Source: a virus (taxonomy: Duplodnaviria; Caudoviricetes). Taken from it: 60,804 nt of DNA. Below are positions 8,166 through 16,393 of the stretch, piece after piece. Location of the stretch: the IMG/VR virus record IMGVR_UViG_3300036760_000364, positions 1-60,804 of that record; one strand, 5' to 3'. The notes under the pieces are model-generated. The model was not told the origin of the DNA. It did no database searches and worked only from the letters and a program-made list of their open reading frames with translations. Position 1 is the first letter of the stretch; each line of letters starts with the position of its first letter. The position numbers were made by a program, and so were the translations under genes.

Positions 8166-8329
8166 TCCACATTAATCCGATATATTTTTCCTGTTTCCGG
8201 GTCTTCGACATCAAATATCGTTGCTACCGATTCAGGATCCTGTTGGATCCTCAGTGTTTTCTCTGCCGCTTGCTGTGGAGAGTCTGCGAGGATACTTATA
8301 TCCCATTTTACTCAATATTCCACGCTCAT
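8150..8329 (-). pseudogene. 59-codon phage ORF interrupted by in-frame TGA at codon 6
   Basis: GGAGG RBS, MSVEY*VKWDISILADSPQQAAEKTLRIQQDPESVATIFDV...; fills an otherwise empty gap. Confidence 0.65.
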
Positions 8330-8363
8330 TTTATAACACCTCCATTTCCCTTCTCCTTTATCC

Positions 8364-8987
8364 TCAATGCATACCTCCGTTTGCCAGAAGTTCAATAAAG
8401 TAGAATTTTTCGACTTTCCGCAAATCGATGATTTCAGGATTGTTGACGATGAAGCGCCTCAAATCCTTTTCTTTGATAAAATAGATGTCCCCGCCCTGTT
8501 TTTCCGTGCGTCCCGTTCCTCTTTTTTCCGCCTTGAGCAATCCTTGTTTGATCTTATTCGTAACCCAGTGCGAATCCACTCCGAAAAATTCCGCTACTGT
8601 CATGGCCGACATGCCATCCATATTCTTCAGAAATCTCATCCTCTTTCTCTTTAGGTGTATTCCCGCAATGCTTCTTTGATAGCCAGCCGCACTCAATTTT
8701 TTCTTAATGACCTCCACGGACAGTTGCGCATTATGTTCCAGGATGCTTAGTTCCTTTTCATCCCATGCCGGTTCTTTTTTCAGCGGGGTATATGCGCCGA
8801 TCGCTGCGGCACGTCTGGAGATTACATGTCGCGGCACACCGAAGGCTAGAGCCGTTTTCTTGACGAGACCTTGCCGTGCGATGTTCTCCCGATAGAGTTT
8901 AAAAATAAGGGCATCCATCGCAGGAGTGAAATTTACCTTTTGTGCCTTTTGTCTCTGCTTCGCTCTTGTTTGCTCTTGCCTGTTCAC
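8364..8987 (-). CDS. Multi-HTH DNA-binding protein
   Basis: FTPAMDALI and WDEKELSIL Myb-like starts; excisionase-like C-terminal HTH (MTVAEFFGVDSHWV...GLLKA). Confidence 0.65.
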   Translation of the reverse strand: MNRQEQTRAKQRQKAQKVNFTPAMDALIFKLYRENIARQGLVKKTALAFGVPRHVISRRAAAIGAYTPLKKEPAWDEKELSILEHNAQLSVEVIKKKLSAAGYQRSIAGIHLKRKRMRFLKNMDGMSAMTVAEFFGVDSHWVTNKIKQGLLKAEKRGTGRTEKQGGDIYFIKEKDLRRFIVNNPEIIDLRKVEKFYFIELLANGGMH

Positions 8988-9026
8988 CCTTCACTTTCCT
9001 CCTTTACGGCCTCTTCGATATTCCCC

Positions 9027-9254
9027 TTATTCCTCACCCTCGGTAATAAAGATATCATAGACATTGTCAAAGATATCCTCGATCTCCCCACCAAACCAGC
9101 TATTTAGTGTCTTTATAGCCTCCTGACGTGTAGTGTATTTCCCGACATTTATCCAGGAGTCTTTATCCTTGTCAAATGGATTCGGTAAATCCAACCAGAA
9201 AATCTTTTTCTTCTTTATGTTCTTTTTCATGCGCCCGTCCACCTCCTTTCTCAT
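9027..9254 (-). CDS. Hypothetical protein
   Basis: ORF with RBS (start may be 9230). Confidence 0.6.
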   Translation of the reverse strand: MRKEVDGRMKKNIKKKKIFWLDLPNPFDKDKDSWINVGKYTTRQEAIKTLNSWFGGEIEDIFDNVYDIFITEGEE

Positions 9255-9286
9255 AATTCTATTAGATTCGACAAGCTTTCAGACTT

Positions 9287-9565
9287 CTAGCAACAACACT
9301 CCACCCTTCTTCGTCCACACATACGACAGTGCCCCATCGCAAAGTCATTCCACAATATGCACCCCGGATTCGTGCAGGAATGATAAAACAGCCCCCCGAA
9401 TTTTCCCTGATGGCACACCGGACAGGTAATCCAGTCTGTGCCTGCAGGCCGACTTTTATAGGTCTGCCAGGCCCGTTCTTTGTTTATAAGCCAATCATTA
9501 TACATTTTATATGCTTTGTTTATCGTATCTGGCATATCCGGCATTTTTAGCACCTTATCTGGCAT
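9287..9565 (-). CDS. Cys-rich Zn-ribbon protein, first gene after sigma54 promoter 1
   Basis: AAGGAGG RBS; CPVC, CRMC motifs. Confidence 0.7.
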   Translation of the reverse strand: MPDKVLKMPDMPDTINKAYKMYNDWLINKERAWQTYKSRPAGTDWITCPVCHQGKFGGLFYHSCTNPGCILWNDFAMGHCRMCGRRRVECCC

Positions 9566-9630
9566 TTTTATTACCTCCTTTCTTAAAGAGACATTTTAGG
9601 GACATTAGAGACATTTCTTTTCGTAAATCA

Positions 9631-9755
9631 AGCAAGTTTCGTGCCACATCCCGACAACTTTCTAAGCCTCTGATTTCATTTGCTTTTCCCCAACCACATT
9701 TTGTCAACCCACCAATTCGGGGTGACAAATCTTGTAAAGTTGACAATTTATGTCA
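9631..9755 (-). promoter_or_regulatory. Sigma54 promoter 1 with IHF-like site and enhancer pair
   Basis: TGGCACGAAACTTGCT (9646-9631); AATCAGAGGCTTA (9675-9663); TGACA-N5-TGT(C/A)A at 9723 and 9741. Confidence 0.8.
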
Positions 9756-9975
9756 CTACAGTTGACAGCCTCCTTTTCCATTATTGCTATCCGAAAATTC
9801 ACCTGCATATCTTCAAGGTGAGCAATGCAATCTCAATCAAGACCATTACCAATAACCAGTTAATTTCCGCAACCGGTGGTTCAACTAGCTTTTCTTCTCT
9901 CTGGAAATATAAACGCCTCACAAACGCCCCACAAACGCCCCAAACGACTCATTAATGACATCCACAACCGGGGAT

Positions 9976-10161
9976 TCAACTTAGCTCTTTTTCTATCTCT
10001 TCCTCCTTCAGTAGCTCCTGAAGCAAATCAAGCTGATAACCGTATATCCCAAACATCCCGTAGTGTATTCCCTCCTTAATAAACGATTTTTCCAAAGGTT
10101 TAGCACTTTCTAACAGCACTTTAATCGCTTCCCAAAGTGCCTTTTCATTTTTGTTCGTCAT
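9976..10161 (-). CDS. Hypothetical protein
   Basis: AAGGAGG RBS. Confidence 0.7.
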   Translation of the reverse strand: MTNKNEKALWEAIKVLLESAKPLEKSFIKEGIHYGMFGIYGYQLDLLQELLKEEEIEKELS

Positions 10162-10246
10162 TTTATGATACCTCCTTTCTCAGTTATTTTAGGAAACCGA
10201 TAAGCTATCCCACTTCCCTTCATGAAGTCATTAAGCATCTGCTAAA

Positions 10247-10729
10247 TGACAAAATTTGTCATCTACCTCAACAAGCTCCCTGACTGACATTTTTTGTCAG
10301 TCCTGTCGGGCAAAATGCCCTGTCTAATTGAAAATGATTTTCAAAAGGCCCAAAAACAATTTTGAAATTTTCTCTTATAAATCAATAGTAACAGTAGGTT
10401 TTTGGAGCTCTCGAAAAATGGGTATTGTTAAATATCAAAGACTTCGGGGCGTTGAAAAGGGCCCCTATCATCCCCTTATATCCTACCCTATCCTACCCCT
10501 ATTATACTTAATATATATTTTTATATAATATATATATAAAAGGCTATCTAAGCCATTCTCCAGGAGTGTGGTAAATTTACCACACCTCCATATTCCCCAA
10601 ATGAGGAACATTTACAGGGGGAGGGGGGGGACCCTCTTTGACGCCTGTAACTTATTGATTTATAACAATACCCATTTTTTGAACCTCTCAAATTCCTACT
10701 GTTACCATTGATATTAAACAAAAAATTTC
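10247..10729. other. Putative replication origin: about 100-bp inverted repeats around an AT-rich core
   Basis: Arms 10364-10465 and 10627-10729; AT tract 10501-10541; 20-bp palindrome 10566-10585; IHF match 10648-10660; TGACA-N5-TGTCA at 10247 and 10285. Confidence 0.6.
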
Positions 10730-10735
10730 CTTTTC

Positions 10736-11095
10736 TTAAAGATTTACTTTAACTTTTCCAGCCTCTATGAAAGCATTTGCTAAAGACGCATGGGGATTTT
10801 TAATCTGCCAGCGTAAACGAGGGATGCCTAGAAGGTCTCCAATTTCTCCTCCAGGACAAAACGCCCGAACCGCATTCCCATCAATCTCATTTACAAAAGA
10901 CAGATTTCCCACCGCCCCAATCATTAGAACCGCTCCACACCGACGGCATCTCGAAATGGTTTTGTATACCCAGCGCCCACGTGCACCTACTTTTTTCTTA
11001 TGCCACCTGAAACGAGTCATAACATGCCCTCGTGCTCGACATACGGCGAGCGCCATGTGTTGCAAATTAACAACATCTTTCTTACTCTTATTCAT
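10736..11095 (-). CDS. Hypothetical protein
   Basis: C...GH...CRRC motif; packed operon. Confidence 0.65.
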   Translation of the reverse strand: MNKSKKDVVNLQHMALAVCRARGHVMTRFRWHKKKVGARGRWVYKTISRCRRCGAVLMIGAVGNLSFVNEIDGNAVRAFCPGGEIGDLLGIPRLRWQIKNPHASLANAFIEAGKVKVNL

Positions 11096-11098
11096 ACG

Positions 11099-11488
11099 TT
11101 ACGTTCTGTCGTTATGTTCTGTAGCCATGGCGATAGCCTTACCAAAGGCCCTTTCTGCCGCATCCAGGAGATGGTCAAATGACCGTCTGAGAGGCGCATC
11201 CAGGGTCTCCACGGCCCTTTTAAGTTCCTGGAGAGCATAATATAACTCAAAAGTAACACTGGTTGGGTGTACAGGATACAATTGCCCCTCAACCTCCTTT
11301 CCAGTTTCAATTCTAACCCCTGCTAGACTGGTCTCTCCTCCACAATCATCACAGGTTGCATTGTAGTAGACCTCTCCTAACTCCCACTGTTGTTTCTCCA
11401 CATTCCATATTGCGTCGGCATCCCGACGCACATGCTCCCCTCCACATGCTCTGCAAACTACCCTGATTCCCCGTTTCTCCTTTGTCAT
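11099..11488 (-). CDS. Zn-ribbon hypothetical protein
   Basis: CRACG..V.RDA.A.W...Q.W...CDDC; AAGGAGG RBS. Confidence 0.75.
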   Translation of the reverse strand: MTKEKRGIRVVCRACGGEHVRRDADAIWNVEKQQWELGEVYYNATCDDCGGETSLAGVRIETGKEVEGQLYPVHPTSVTFELYYALQELKRAVETLDAPLRRSFDHLLDAAERAFGKAIAMATEHNDRT

Positions 11489-11525
11489 CGTAAACCTCCT
11501 TCTCTCTGTTAAAATTCCTAGTTTC

Positions 11526-11873
11526 TTACCAACCACTCTGTCTATGAAAAAAAGTCCTGTCTGTTTTCTCGGAGTCTTTTCCCAGACATAGCCACTCCCT
11601 GACCCATTGTATTTTCTTTATTGCCTCCTGGATATTGTCCCCCGCATATCCAGATTTATATCCGTAGCCCCTCATTTTTCTGGTTATATCGTTTTCCGCA
11701 TCATACAATGATAACCACATCTTGTGCTCTGCCTCTGTCCCAAAATTATCGCCGTGATAATGTTTCCGTAATCCTCTCATATATCCGATCCAATAATCCT
11801 GTTCGTCGGATTTAGAGAGACTACAAAATAAATCGGCGGATGTCAAATTAGATTTGAATTCTTCTTGTGTCAT
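11526..11873 (-). CDS. Hypothetical protein
   Basis: YW.GY.RGLR..YHG..FGT pattern; RBS. Confidence 0.75.
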   Translation of the reverse strand: MTQEEFKSNLTSADLFCSLSKSDEQDYWIGYMRGLRKHYHGDNFGTEAEHKMWLSLYDAENDITRKMRGYGYKSGYAGDNIQEAIKKIQWVREWLCLGKDSEKTDRTFFHRQSGW

Positions 11874-11956
11874 CGTTATGTCCTCCTTGTTATATCGATT
11901 AGTTTCATCTTAATTTTCTTTTCGTGGGGTTGGGTTTTTCTTCCGGCAAATTTAAA
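11866..11956. repeat. Gene-junction direct repeat, copy 1
   Basis: About 90 bp, highly similar to 12818-12907. Confidence 0.85.
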
Positions 11957-12252
11957 CTTATACCTCCCAACTCACAACAACACCCAATTTGTTCACTGAT
12001 AAAATAATCTGCATTATCCATAAATACTTTTCTTCTCTCTTTACCCATAAGACAACCTGGTAAACTATGCCAGGAAAATATCTTATCTCTTAAATCAGGG
12101 TATAAATTTATTAACCTTACCCTTTCAGTTTCATTATGAACAAGCAAATACCCTTTAAACTTCTTAACCTCCTTTATAATCTCCGTAGTTTTGCCTCCAC
12201 CTCTTGCTGTTATAATATATTTCATTTTATCCTCTTTCTCTTCTTTTTTCAT
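11905..12252 (-). CDS. Small P-loop-like hypothetical protein
   Basis: ARGGGKTT and VFMDNAD motifs. Confidence 0.65.
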   Translation of the reverse strand: MKKEEKEDKMKYIITARGGGKTTEIIKEVKKFKGYLLVHNETERVRLINLYPDLRDKIFSWHSLPGCLMGKERRKVFMDNADYFISEQIGCCCELGGISLNLPEEKPNPTKRKLR

Positions 12253-12337
12253 TTTTTCCTTCCCTTGCGCTGCTGCAGGTTGCGCCTGGTCAAGAGACTG
12301 TCCCCAATTTTTACCCTACCGGGGAAGCGGCTTTTGC

Positions 12338-12360
12338 GGGAGGCGAAGCCTCCCTTTTTT
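12338..12360 (+). terminator. Intrinsic terminator facing against the early operon
   Basis: GGGAGGC-GAA-GCCTCCC followed by T6. Confidence 0.6.
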
Positions 12361-12383
12361 CAATACTACCTCCTTTTAGTTCT

Positions 12384-12593
12384 TTAAATTAAGCTACCTT
12401 TAAACCTTGCAGACATCCCTATTATGCCCGTATAATCACCCAACTTGTAGTTAGGAATATATAACCTCTCTATTATCCCGTTGTCATATTTCCGGTAGGA
12501 CAGGTTTTTATATCGCTTTTTTGCAAATTTCACAAACTTATCCGTTGGGCTGTACACTTCAAGCCCCTTGTATCCTTTATTCATCATTTTCAC
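12384..12593 (-). CDS. Hypothetical protein
   Basis: GGAGG RBS. Confidence 0.6.
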   Translation of the reverse strand: MKMMNKGYKGLEVYSPTDKFVKFAKKRYKNLSYRKYDNGIIERLYIPNYKLGDYTGIIGMSARFKGSLI

Positions 12594-12597
12594 CCTC

Positions 12598-12825
12598 CTA
12601 TAAAAAATACCACTGCCCGTGTAGTTTAACCAATGAGCCTACAGCTGTTTTAATAGCTGTAACACCTATTTTATCTGCCTGATTACAGGCATCGTCAACA
12701 TCATCACCTCTATAGAGAGGACACAACGGTTTCCTATCCGATAAAGAAAACCGTCTGTACAGAGTTGTCTTTGGTATTGGACTTGTATCTATTGCAATTT
12801 TCTCGGATTTCTGTGTCTGTGTCAT
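12598..12825 (-). CDS. Hypothetical protein
   Basis: AAGGAGG RBS. Confidence 0.65.
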   Translation of the reverse strand: MTQTQKSEKIAIDTSPIPKTTLYRRFSLSDRKPLCPLYRGDDVDDACNQADKIGVTAIKTAVGSLVKLHGQWYFL

Positions 12826-12907
12826 TTTATTCTCCTCCTTGTTATACCGATTAGTTTCATCTTAGTTTTCCTGTTGTGGGGTTGGGTTTTTCTGTGGCAA
12901 AATTAAA
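12818..12907. repeat. Gene-junction direct repeat, copy 2
   Basis: Similar to 11866-11956. Confidence 0.85.
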
Positions 12908-13134
12908 TGTTCTAATCTTTTAACAGCTTCTTTTGTTATAGCGTCATTAAATTTTCTACAATTTTTTTCGTGTAGTCCGGTAGCCAATTTACCGCAAAGA
13001 CAAAACACCTTGTTCTTTTCAGAAAACTCATTCTCTACTTCGTGGCGAGTATTAAGCCAATCGGAAAAGTATTTACTTTGTATATACTCTAATTTCTTGG
13101 TTAGCTTCATTTTTCCACCTTTCATTATGACCAC
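12862..13134 (-). CDS. Hypothetical protein
   Basis: FCLCGKLATGLHE..C motif; start probably MKLTKK. Confidence 0.7.
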   Translation of the reverse strand: MVIMKGGKMKLTKKLEYIQSKYFSDWLNTRHEVENEFSEKNKVFCLCGKLATGLHEKNCRKFNDAITKEAVKRLEHLILPQKNPTPQQEN

Positions 13135-13223
13135 CTGTTAATTCCCCGTCGTGTATTGCATTTATTACAGCGGAATGACTCTGCCGTCCGTGCGTTTGAT
13201 TGAAAATCACGTTGTGCTACCAT
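13125..13223 (-). CDS. 32-aa peptide (CxxC)
   Basis: GGAGG RBS; MVAQRDFQSNARTAESFRCNKCNTRRGINRWS. Confidence 0.4.
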   Translation of the reverse strand: MVAQRDFQSNARTAESFRCNKCNTRRGINRWS

Positions 13224-13264
13224 AGCTTCCTCCATTTCTTGAACTCAAAAACAACCTGTTTCTG

Positions 13265-13307
13265 AAAAATAAAAAAGGCCCGATCTTCCGAAAGGAAGAA
13301 AGGGCCT
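13265..13307 (-). terminator. Intrinsic terminator
   Basis: AGGCCC...CTTCC TTTC GGAAG...GGGCCT hairpin followed by a long U tract on the minus strand. Confidence 0.75.
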
Positions 13308-13359
13308 TGACTCCATCTCAGCCTATGTGGGCATCTCGCCCGTTTATGATCAGGACGCT

Positions 13360-13854
13360 TTAAACGTCAGCGTCCTTGAAAAGCTCCTGCCGTGCTGTGG
13401 CCAGGGCTTTTTCCCATTCCTCTGAAATAGAGGAATGTTTTGAGGGTTTAAGGATCGTTATTAGATCCTTATCACTTCCATCTTGATACGAGCAATACGC
13501 ATACTCATACCTTACGAGGAAGTCAAACGGCTCTTCCTCAACCAGAACAGACAGAAACGTCTGTCCCTCTGTTCGGGTCGCCTTATCGTAGGCGTAACCC
13601 GTAGAATGGTCAAGTGACGGAATCAGTGTAATTTCTGCCACCTGTCCGTTGCGAACTGCAAACAGCCGCTCTTCCCGGCTGTCGCTCCCAGCCGAGGACT
13701 CGTACGATTCCCGAACCGGCACGTCAGATAAAAATGCCGCATCCATCCGGGCAACCGTTATCTGTCCGCTTTTCCAGTCCCATTTTGTGGCCTCTGCAAT
13801 GGCCTGCAAAAATGGAAACTCTTCAAACAGCACTACTACTTTTTCTCTTCTCAT
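13360..13854 (-). CDS. Hypothetical protein
   Basis: AAGGAGG RBS; 164 aa. Confidence 0.8.
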   Translation of the reverse strand: MRREKVVVLFEEFPFLQAIAEATKWDWKSGQITVARMDAAFLSDVPVRESYESSAGSDSREERLFAVRNGQVAEITLIPSLDHSTGYAYDKATRTEGQTFLSVLVEEEPFDFLVRYEYAYCSYQDGSDKDLITILKPSKHSSISEEWEKALATARQELFKDADV

Positions 13855-13972
13855 TGTTTTCCTCCTTCAACGGCTTCTCGCCTCAGCCGCCTGCCTTGTG
13901 GGTCAGGGCTTATGCTTAATTCTAATTATCCCTCCATTTGCCCTCGCAAAGGAGCGGTTCAGTGCCTAATAG

Positions 13973-14406
13973 CTAGGACAGGAATATCTCGACAATTTTG
14001 TTAAGAAATTGTTTATCTTTACGGAGACAATCCTTTATCCGTCCTCTGAGGAGGATTATGCCCTCCTCGTCCACAGGGTAACAGTATTGCCCCATACAAC
14101 AGTCGGAACACCCTCCCCACTCACGGGGTTCGAGTGCCCCGCAGAGAAAGAACCTGGAACACCCGCCCTGGGCATCTCTTACTGACAGAACTATCCATAG
14201 TAATCTCTGATGCAGATACCGAAAGTACAGTATCCGCACTCCCACGGACTGCCCTTGTCGCAGTCCCTGATACCGTCGGGAGGACAGAGAAATATATCTC
14301 CAACCTCCCTATAAAACTTTGCTCCCCCCTCTTTTAAGAGGGAGGCCATCTCTGCAGAGAACGGCTCTACCTCGACAACCGTTCCGTCTTTTTTAATGCC
14401 TATCAT
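13973..14406 (-). CDS. Cys-rich early protein split over two frames (14191-14406 and 13973-14245)
   Basis: First gene after sigma54 promoter 2; both halves share an FLC...C..C..G.C pattern. Confidence 0.5.
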
Positions 14407-14448
14407 TTTTTTAACCTCCTCGGTTTTTTTTGCCTCGTTTTCCCTGGA

Positions 14449-14585
14449 TGCAAACCCCGTGCCAATCCGTATTTTGTGTCCTGCCTCGGTTCAACCTCAA
14501 CAGGTTGTGGTTCCCCTCAAAAATCAAGCACTTGCACAGTGACATAAACTGTCACCTCGACAGGATTTGTCACCAAAATTTGTCA
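14449..14585 (-). promoter_or_regulatory. Sigma54 promoter 2 with IHF site and enhancer sites
   Basis: TGGCACGGGGTTTGCA (14464-14449); AATCAAGCACTTG (14522-14534); (T/C)GACA-N5-TGTCA at 14540 and 14558, plus a half site ending at 14585. Confidence 0.82.
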
Positions 14586-14682
14586 CCCCTCCTCTAATCA
14601 AGCATGTGCTTATCTTCATTTTCAGCACACTCCAGAAATCTCTTGCAAAATCAGCATGTTCCGCCCTCGTGAGTTTTCGCAT

Positions 14683-14711
14683 TTGCCTAAATTTCCTGAA
14701 TCGCCCATAAT
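14683..14711 (+). promoter_or_regulatory. Sigma70-like promoter (possibly leaderless mRNA)
   Basis: TTGCCT-N17-CATAAT ending 6 nt before ATG 14718; no SD sequence. Confidence 0.5.
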
Positions 14712-14717
14712 ATCCCT

Positions 14718-15695
14718 ATGTTAGCTAACCCTAACGACACAGTGGAGTCCCTACCAACGCCCGTTTCAGCGTATCCTAACCCGGATCAGGGTATAACAAA
14801 TAACGCCTCCGAGACGGGCAACTCCACTGATTCCCACCCGGATACACCGTCAGAAACACCACCAAATACGCCATTAACCATAAATCGTACCCCAAAATAT
14901 ATTCCCATCCAGGATATCATCAAATACATCGAAAAAGGCTTAACCTACGCAGAGATAGGCTCTCTCGTGGGCTGCAGCGCTTCCAACGTCTGTCAGCGCC
15001 TAGAACGGGCCGGTTATACGCTACAAGGCTCCGAAAATTATAGAAAAAATCGGGCTGAGGTATTACAACATGTAGAGTCGAGAATTATTAACACTGTGTC
15101 TGATGGCCTAAATAATATCGCCGTTGAGAGCACGAAGGACGTGTTGAATTTGACGTTGGCTGCTAGTAAGTTGTACGGGGATGAGCGGCTGGAGAGAGGG
15201 TTGTCAACGGCAAACGTGGATATTGAGGGGATGAGTGCGGAGTATCAGAAGCTTAAACAGGAACTAGAGGAATATGAGAAACGAGAGGGTCTGACGATTG
15301 ATGTTACGCCCACTGAATCCACAACACCCACCGCTGGCCCTAATACCGGCATAACACCTGGGGTATCTGAGGCTCCTGAGACATCCGAATCTCCTGCGTC
15401 ACCAGACCCAGGCACGGGGAAGCCGTTCGAAGTCTCCGAGGCCGCCAGCACCGAAACTCGATGCGCCTCTTATAATGATCGCACGTGCATCAGTAAGTCT
15501 GTAACCCGTAAGCGCACCCGCAAGACCTCAAAACGCCGGGCCAAAAAACGTCCTCCACTGAAGCTCAAAGCACTGAAACCCAAAGCACCGAAGCTCGCAG
15601 TCTCTGTGTTCCCCAACCTCAATGCTCTCTCCGAGACCCCTGCTCTCTCCACACTTACAGTCCCCCCCGAAACTTCTAGCCCCGGACTTTTGTAA
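14718..15695 (+). CDS. HTH protein, probable terminase small subunit
   Basis: GLTYAEIGSLVGCSASNVCQRL HTH; LYGDERLERGLSTAN motif; first plus-strand gene; low-complexity tails. Confidence 0.55.
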   Translation: MLANPNDTVESLPTPVSAYPNPDQGITNNASETGNSTDSHPDTPSETPPNTPLTINRTPKYIPIQDIIKYIEKGLTYAEIGSLVGCSASNVCQRLERAGYTLQGSENYRKNRAEVLQHVESRIINTVSDGLNNIAVESTKDVLNLTLAASKLYGDERLERGLSTANVDIEGMSAEYQKLKQELEEYEKREGLTIDVTPTESTTPTAGPNTGITPGVSEAPETSESPASPDPGTGKPFEVSEAASTETRCASYNDRTCISKSVTRKRTRKTSKRRAKKRPPLKLKALKPKAPKLAVSVFPNLNALSETPALSTLTVPPETSSPGLL

Positions 15696-15743
15696 CCACA
15701 ATATGTTGTGGTGGATAACCTCAGCAACCACAATATGTTGTAT
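15696..15743. promoter_or_regulatory. Tandem NrdR-box-like operators
   Basis: CCACAATATGTTGTGG and CCACAATATGTTGTAT, starts 32 bp apart. Confidence 0.6.
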
Positions 15744-16257
15744 GTACTTGACTCTCGTACATACCCTCCATCAGGCAGGGCCCCCGGTGGCACAGTCCGG
15801 GTAGGCATATGTTATATAGAGAATAGACCTTTTCCTGTGTACGAAATTTCAAATAGGCGGGTCTGAGATTGGCGGGTCTGAGACACTGCAGAGTTCCATG
15901 GGCTTGACCGTGGGTATCTAAGACCGGCAGGACAGGTAAGCTTAAAGAAAGAGAAGCGGCATGGGGTAGAGAGAGTAGAAAAGCCAGAGAAAATAGCAGA
16001 ATTTGAAATAGCACGGATTTATTCAGGGACAGAGGGGCTAGACGAGGCATTCAGACTATCGATGAGATACATAAAATATGGATACATAAAATATTATGAA
16101 TAGCATTATACAGACTTATATATTGACCACTTCGGTGGCTGTAGAGACTCCTCCTGATGCCCTGAACACTTCAAGTGTTCTGGTAACTATTGCGATAATA
16201 CTCGTAGCTATAATAATACTCTGGTATACATCTACACAACGCTAAGGAGGCTAATCC

Positions 16258-16383
16258 ATGAAATGTAGCAATTGCCTAACAAACGAAGCCACTGACGTGC
16301 ACATCAAGGGGAACGTGTATTGGTTGGTTTGTCAGGCGTGTGCTCAGAAAATTAGAGAAGAATACGGACTGGAAGTCGCATGA
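16258..16383 (+). CDS. 41-aa Zn-finger protein
   Basis: AAGGAGG RBS; MKCSNC..NEATDVH...LVCQACAQK. Confidence 0.65.
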   Translation: MKCSNCLTNEATDVHIKGNVYWLVCQACAQKIREEYGLEVA

Positions 16384-16393
16384 CCGGAAGATA

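Noticed and set aside
16064-16100. dif/XerCD site
   Set aside because: CATAA and TTATG are 4 nt apart rather than 6 and no XerD arm follows; it is a short tandem repeat
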